Assembly (NCBI RefSeq): GCF_964026575.1
Contig: NZ_OZ032161.1
Location: forward strand, 1,422,721 to 1,446,720
DNA from: Candidatus Tisiphia endosymbiont of Melanophora roralis
GTDB lineage: Bacteria; Pseudomonadota; Alphaproteobacteria; Rickettsiales; Rickettsiaceae
DNA length: 24,000 nucleotides
Reading direction: 5' to 3'
Under the pieces are notes generated by a model. That model did no database searches and was not told where the DNA came from. It saw only the letters and a list, made by a program, of their open reading frames with translations. The translations under genes were made by a program, and so were the position numbers. Below, in pieces: positions 19,865-24,000 of this stretch (within the stretch, counting starts at the first letter, position 1; each line of letters begins with the position of its first letter).

Positions 19865-19891
19865 AAAATTGATAAATCAATTTCTAAGTTT
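19845..19891 (+). repeat. 47-nt direct repeat, left copy (valS 3' end plus 27 nt)
   Basis: TATATACTCAAATGCTTTGAAAAATTGATAAATCAATTTCTAAGTTT. 43 of 47 positions are identical to 20533-20579. It contains the 16-bp palindrome AATTGATAAATCAATT (19867-19882). Confidence 0.9.
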
Positions 19892-19947
19892 TTAGAGTTT
19901 AACACAAATAAAATTAGTATAGTTAGCTTTTAGTGAGATTAAACAAA

Positions 19948-20499
19948 ATGACTACCATTATCTACCTAATAGGTAAACTAGGGACTGGCAAGTATACTAT
20001 AGCAAAGGAAATAGCAAAAGCTGGCTACAGCATATGTGACAACCAACATATCAATAATCCTATTTTCTCACTTCTAAATTATGATGGGTTGACTCCCATT
20101 CCAGAATTTGCTTGGGATACAATTAAACATATACGAGATGGTATTTTTAATTTTCTAAGCCAAGAAACTTATAATAACTATGTTCTTACTAATTGTCTCT
20201 ATGAGATTGATGGTGATCATAAGCTTTTTAATCAAGTACAACAGCTAGCATCGAACCGTAAGTCAACATTTATTCCTGTAAAATTATTGATTTCAGAAGA
20301 AGAAAATATTATGAGAATTCAACAACTAGATAGGCTGCTTCGTTACAAATCAATCGATATACAAGATGTTTATCCAAAATATCCTTTGATTCAAATTTCT
20401 CATCCTAATTTATTTGAGCTTGATGTTACACTCCTTCCTGCTAGTGAGGCTGCAAAGAAAATTTTGCAGCATGTTAGGTTATACGCGAATTCGGGATAA
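19948..20499 (+). CDS. Orphan P-loop NTPase, small kinase-like, with a non-canonical Walker A
   Basis: Roughly 183 aa from the ATG at 19948 (the track uses a GTG at 19933). The N-terminus is beta-strand then P-loop: TIIYLIGKLGTGKYTIAKEIA, so the GxxGxGK is followed by Y rather than S/T. The size and layout resemble small nucleotide/metabolite kinases. I cannot assign a specific family by eye. The last 6 codons and the stop lie inside palindromic element copy 3. Confidence 0.55.
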   Translation: MTTIIYLIGKLGTGKYTIAKEIAKAGYSICDNQHINNPIFSLLNYDGLTPIPEFAWDTIKHIRDGIFNFLSQETYNNYVLTNCLYEIDGDHKLFNQVQQLASNRKSTFIPVKLLISEEENIMRIQQLDRLLRYKSIDIQDVYPKYPLIQISHPNLFELDVTLLPASEAAKKILQHVRLYANSG

Positions 20500-20529
20500 G
20501 AATTAACTAATTCTTATCCCGAATTGGGG
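20482..20529 (-). repeat. ~50-nt palindromic element, family P, copy 3 (inverted relative to copies 1 and 2)
   Basis: TACGC-GAATTCGGGATAAGAATT-AACT-AATTCTTATCCCGAATT-GGGG. It overlaps the 3' end and TAA stop of the P-loop ORF and ends 3 nt before the right copy of the 47-nt direct repeat. Confidence 0.85.
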
Positions 20530-20532
20530 TGT

Positions 20533-20579
20533 TATATACTCAAATACTTTGAAGAATTGATAAATCAATTTACAAGTTT
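20533..20579 (+). repeat. 47-nt direct repeat, right copy
   Basis: TATATACTCAAATACTTTGAAGAATTGATAAATCAATTTACAAGTTT. In the valS register it still reads YTQIL-stop, against YTQML-stop in the left copy. Confidence 0.9.
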
Positions 20580-20727
20580 GGTGTGTAATATTTTAGCCTT
20601 CCCTACGATATTATATAATTTATTTTTTGCTTTTATTTATTACGATACAAAATTTTATTTGTTACAATATAAATTTTATGATAACCTAAATATCAGGAAA
20701 CTTTAAAAGGTTACGGGGGCATAGTTT

Positions 20728-22374
20728 ATGACTACAAATCAAACAGGACAAAACAAAGTTCTTTGCCTTTCAGGTGGTGGGGTAAAAGGAATAGCTGAGT
20801 TAGTTGTACTAGCGAAAATAGAAGAAATAACCCAGCAACCTATATCTAAATTATTTAATATTATTTCTGGCACTAGTGTTGGAGGATTAATTGCAGCCTT
20901 ATTAACAATTCCTAAAGAAGAAGGATCAACAGAACCTCGTTATTCAGCTAAAGAAGCTTTAGAATTATTTGAAAACACTGCTCCTGAAATCTTCCCTCAA
21001 AGCTGGTTTAACTGGGGAATAATAAAACACAAATATAGTCAAGAACCTTTGAAGAAAATGCTAGAAAAGCATTTAGGGGATAATAGATTGGATGATAGTC
21101 TATGCCGTCTTATTATACCAGTTGCTGATTTGAATGAAGGAAAGAATAGTATGAAGATTTTTGATAGTCATGATCAACATAGTCCACATGTTAGAACAAA
21201 GGACGTGCTTCTTGCAACTACAGCAGCACCAACCTATTTTAAAGCTGTTGTTAATAAAGAGGCCGTAAAAGATTATGATTATGCTGCGGGTAAGCCTTAT
21301 GCTTTTGCCGATGGTGGTCTTGGTGCTAATCGTCCAGCTGCTACAGTGCTACAGGTGCTTAAAGAAGGGCTTAGTTATCATGAACAAGCAGACATTATGG
21401 AACGCACTATGATTTGTTCTATCAATTTTGGAAAAGGTGAGCAAACAAAAGCCCAAATACCATCACCTAATTTTGATGGAGCATTAGGGTGGTTGCTTAA
21501 CGGCTTAATTGATACACTTATGAAAAACGACGAGGAAGCTGACGTAAATGAGGTTAGGTTAGATCTAACAGGTGAAGGACAAAATACAGAGATATGGCTG
21601 CCTATCCCAAAAGAATGTAAAAACTTAGACGATTCTAGCCAAAATAATATAACAAAGTTAAAGCTAGTCGCTGAGCAATATTTAGAAAATAATTCCAAGT
21701 TAGTACAAGATCTGTGTGATAGGTTAAAAGCTGATTGGAATGATAATCTTGAGCAATCTGAAATCTCAAATGCACTGGTAAGTTCTGAGGTTAATGATGA
21801 AGGGTATGAAAATGATAGCATCTCAGAATCTGATATAACTTCTACAAAACCTAGAGTCACTGCAATGATAAATACTGAAGTTAGTGATGAAGGGTATGAA
21901 AGTGATAGCAACTCAGACTATTCTGATATAGTGGTGGCTACTGCAGAACCTGAAGTCTTAAATGCAATGGTAAGTAATGAATTAGAATCTAGTAGTACTA
22001 TAGTGACTAATGGAGAAACAGATTTTGCTGTAAGTAGTGAGAAATTTACAACAACACTTCAGTGGATTAAAGAATTATATGCAAAGGATTCCAAATGTGC
22101 ATTAGAATATTTAGAATATGTTAATAATGTATCTCCTGAAGAGTTAGATCTTACTACAATTGCATCACTACCTGAAGAAGTACAGAAAACCGTTCAATGG
22201 ATTGTAGGGTTAGATACAGAAAGTCGTTCAGAGCTATTAGAAAATATTAAGTCATTAATAATTAGTACCTCTCATGATTATAAGGATAATATTTATTGTG
22301 TTCAAGAAGTGACTAAACTTGAGGGACAGGATACACTATACGAGCATGCTGACGACTTAGTTGACTGTTATTAG
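20728..22374 (+). CDS. Patatin-like phospholipase (PLA2-type Ser-Asp dyad) with a ~210-aa acidic, repeat-containing C-terminal extension
   Basis: 548-aa ORF with the oxyanion motif LSGGGVKG (aa 14-21), the nucleophile elbow GTSVG with Ser50 (20875-20877) and the catalytic Asp in ADGGLGANRP (Asp195, 21310-21312). A conserved ATTAAPTYF block lies between them. A GGGGG-containing Shine-Dalgarno sequence lies about 8 nt upstream. Confidence 0.85.
   Translation: MTTNQTGQNKVLCLSGGGVKGIAELVVLAKIEEITQQPISKLFNIISGTSVGGLIAALLTIPKEEGSTEPRYSAKEALELFENTAPEIFPQSWFNWGIIKHKYSQEPLKKMLEKHLGDNRLDDSLCRLIIPVADLNEGKNSMKIFDSHDQHSPHVRTKDVLLATTAAPTYFKAVVNKEAVKDYDYAAGKPYAFADGGLGANRPAATVLQVLKEGLSYHEQADIMERTMICSINFGKGEQTKAQIPSPNFDGALGWLLNGLIDTLMKNDEEADVNEVRLDLTGEGQNTEIWLPIPKECKNLDDSSQNNITKLKLVAEQYLENNSKLVQDLCDRLKADWNDNLEQSEISNALVSSEVNDEGYENDSISESDITSTKPRVTAMINTEVSDEGYESDSNSDYSDIVVATAEPEVLNAMVSNELESSSTIVTNGETDFAVSSEKFTTTLQWIKELYAKDSKCALEYLEYVNNVSPEELDLTTIASLPEEVQKTVQWIVGLDTESRSELLENIKSLIISTSHDYKDNIYCVQEVTKLEGQDTLYEHADDLVDCY
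21769..21990 (+). repeat. Imperfect in-frame tandem repeat (about 90-102 nt units, 2.3 copies) inside the patatin-like gene
   Basis: Units are ALVSSEVNDEGYENDSISESDITSTKPRVT / AMINTEVSDEGYESDSNSDYSDIVVATAEPEVLN / AMVSNELESS.... An identical 16-nt core, GATGAAGGGTATGAAA, sits at 21796 and 21886 (90-nt period). AATGCA(C/A)TGGTAAGT recurs at 21769 and 21961. Confidence 0.8.
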
Positions 22375-22477
22375 AAAGTAAAAAATGCATTACTTTGCCA
22401 GTCGATCGACTTTTAAATTTCTCTGATTGCAGACTTTAAGCTTTTGTTGTATGTTACATAAAAAACTCTAAAGAACA

Positions 22478-22729
22478 ATGGCAATATCTATTAAAGAACT
22501 TGAAGAAATTATACGTTATAGTTTTCCAAATGCCAAAATAAAAATTGTTGATTTAGCTGGAGATCAGGATCACTATTCCTTAGAAATACAAGATGATGCT
22601 TTTCTTGGAATTAGTCTAATTAATCAGCATAAGATGGTAAAAAAAGCTTTAGCAGAAATACTGAATAATAATAAATTACATGCTATCACCATAAAAACTA
22701 CCAGTTCTCCATTAAATATAGTCAAATAA
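22478..22729 (+). CDS. BolA/IbaG family protein
   Basis: 83-aa ORF with the family pattern (...GDQDHYSLEIQDDAFLGISLINQHKMVKKAL...LHAITIKT). Confidence 0.8.
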   Translation: MAISIKELEEIIRYSFPNAKIKIVDLAGDQDHYSLEIQDDAFLGISLINQHKMVKKALAEILNNNKLHAITIKTTSSPLNIVK

Positions 22730-22760
22730 TCATACACCTGCATTCCCAACATTGGGGTAG

Positions 22761-24000
22761 TTATTGTTCTATACTACTATCATAAGCAAAAGTTAGTGTT
22801 ACAGTTGTGCCTATGCCTATTTTACTTTGTATATCAAATTTACCTCTCATTAGTTCAACCAACTTTCGAGTGAGTGGTAAACCAAGACCAGTCCCTTGAT
22901 ATTTTCTGCCAACGGCACTATCAATTTGACCAAATGTTGAGAGTACTTTTGGAATATCTTTCTCATCAATTCCTATACCAGTATCTATAACTTGCACATA
23001 AACTAGTCCTTGAGATTCATTCTTTTCAGCATGAATTGTTATAGAACCTAATGCGTTGGTGAATTTTATAGAATTAGATAAAAGGTTAAAAAATACTTGT
23101 TTAAGCCTTTTAGGATCTGCTTTTATAATAATATGATCTTTTGGTAGTTTTTCAATTAATGCTACATTCGCTTGGTCAGCTCTTGGTTGCATTATCCTTA
23201 TAGTAGAAGTAATTAATTTATTTAGGTCTAACTCTACAAAATCAACTAATAGCTTGTCAGCAGATGCTTTTGACAAGTCTAATATATCGGTTATTATACC
23301 TAGTAAATGCTTGCCTGCGTTATGAATATCTTTTACATAAGCATCATGTTCCTTATTGTAAGGTGTAGACATCATAATTTCTGAAAAACCTATAATAGCA
23401 TTTAGAGGGGTACGCAGCTCATGACTAACATTGGCAAAAAATTTAGTATGAGCAGAACTTTCATTTCTAACCTTAGTTACTGCTTCCTCTAATGCTTTAT
23501 TAGCCTCAAATTGTCGGTCTATAATTTTTTGTGCATAATTTGTGTTACTCATAACTATAACTAAAAATATTACCAAAATGATAACAAAAGTTAATAATAC
23601 TTTTCTTTCAAGCTCTATAATACTTGACCATAAACTAGTAATATTGGTATGTATCTCTAATACACCATCAACAGGATAGTTCAATGGATCACGGTTTATT
23701 ATTGGGATATAACTTGTTATACAAGATGCTTTCTTTACCTCCCCTGATATATGTAACATGGCTCTAGGAATTAATAGATGAGTTGTTATCCCTTTAAAAG
23801 CTTTGTTAAAGGCTTGTTCTATACTCAATTCTTTTAAAAAATATCTATCAATTTTGGTAATAATTTTTTGATACAGAGTATCTTCAGGAAAATTCATGTG
23901 ACTTGTTACTTGAATTGGCGAACTAGTTATAATTTTATTACCTTGTAGATCATACAAAGAAATATATGCATTAAGATTAACAAAAATATCAACTGAAGTA
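22761..24000 (-). CDS. Sensor histidine kinase (HisKA plus HATPase_c); the N-terminus probably lies beyond the window edge
   Basis: H-box FFANVSHELRTPLNAIIGFSE, N-box FFNLLSNSIKFT, G1 DTGIGI and G2 GTGLGL. One transmembrane helix (LLTFVIILVIFLVIVMS) precedes the kinase core. The frame stays open upstream of the TTG at 23957 as far as position 24000. Confidence 0.85.
   Translation of the reverse strand, partial: TSVDIFVNLNAYISLYDLQGNKIITSSPIQVTSHMNFPEDTLYQKIITKIDRYFLKELSIEQAFNKAFKGITTHLLIPRAMLHISGEVKKASCITSYIPIINRDPLNYPVDGVLEIHTNITSLWSSIIELERKVLLTFVIILVIFLVIVMSNTNYAQKIIDRQFEANKALEEAVTKVRNESSAHTKFFANVSHELRTPLNAIIGFSEIMMSTPYNKEHDAYVKDIHNAGKHLLGIITDILDLSKASADKLLVDFVELDLNKLITSTIRIMQPRADQANVALIEKLPKDHIIIKADPKRLKQVFFNLLSNSIKFTNALGSITIHAEKNESQGLVYVQVIDTGIGIDEKDIPKVLSTFGQIDSAVGRKYQGTGLGLPLTRKLVELMRGKFDIQSKIGIGTTVTLTFAYDSSIEQ

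Noticed and set aside
20482-20579. Interpreting the P-loop ORF plus terminal palindrome as an integron gene cassette with an attC site
   Set aside because: The architecture is superficially similar, but I see no GTTRRRY / RYYYAAC core sites at the element ends, no intI or attI in the window, and the 47-nt target duplication is not an integron feature. I keep it only as an analogy.
20524-20706. 60-aa ORF (TTG start) between the P-loop gene and the patatin-like gene
   Set aside because: It begins inside the palindromic element, runs through the direct repeat and an extremely AT-rich spacer, and is rich in F/Y/L/I/N as expected from translating AT-rich non-coding DNA. There is no Shine-Dalgarno sequence. 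This region is more likely the promoter or leader of the patatin-like gene.
19948-22374. The patatin-like gene as a CBASS (CapV-type) or other anti-phage defence effector
   Set aside because: No cyclase (CD-NTase), SMODS-like or other sensor gene is adjacent. The neighbour is a small kinase-like P-loop protein, and the patatin protein carries a long acidic repeat tail typical of host-directed effectors rather than CapV. The host-restricted Rickettsiales context also argues against it.

Overview
AT-rich, gene-dense chromosomal segment. Gene content, local gene order (argS-dgt, ybeY-tlyC/corC-ABC-F, kefB, sucA, ubiA, valS) and the heavy load of palindromic intergenic repeats point to an obligate-intracellular Rickettsiales genome, probably Rickettsiaceae-like; I cannot name a species from sequence alone. 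I call 18 protein genes, two of them cut by the window edges: argS at the left and a sensor histidine kinase at the right. There is also one IS630-family transposase remnant. I found no tRNA, rRNA or CRISPR array. Most genes are housekeeping. The non-housekeeping content falls in two groups. (1) At least four families of palindromic, RPE-like repeats fill nearly every long spacer. Several show compensatory arm substitutions, and one family sits directly against start or stop codons. (2) An accessory-looking islet lies between valS and a bolA-family gene (about 19865-22477). Its first part is a 641-bp segment (19892-20532) carrying an orphan P-loop NTPase gene that ends in a palindromic element. 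This segment is bracketed by a 47-nt direct repeat that duplicates the 3' end of valS, which looks like an insertion scar. Its second part is a 548-aa patatin-like phospholipase with an intact catalytic dyad and a long acidic C-terminal extension containing tandem repeats, making it an effector candidate. All family assignments come from motifs read by eye. No database search was run.
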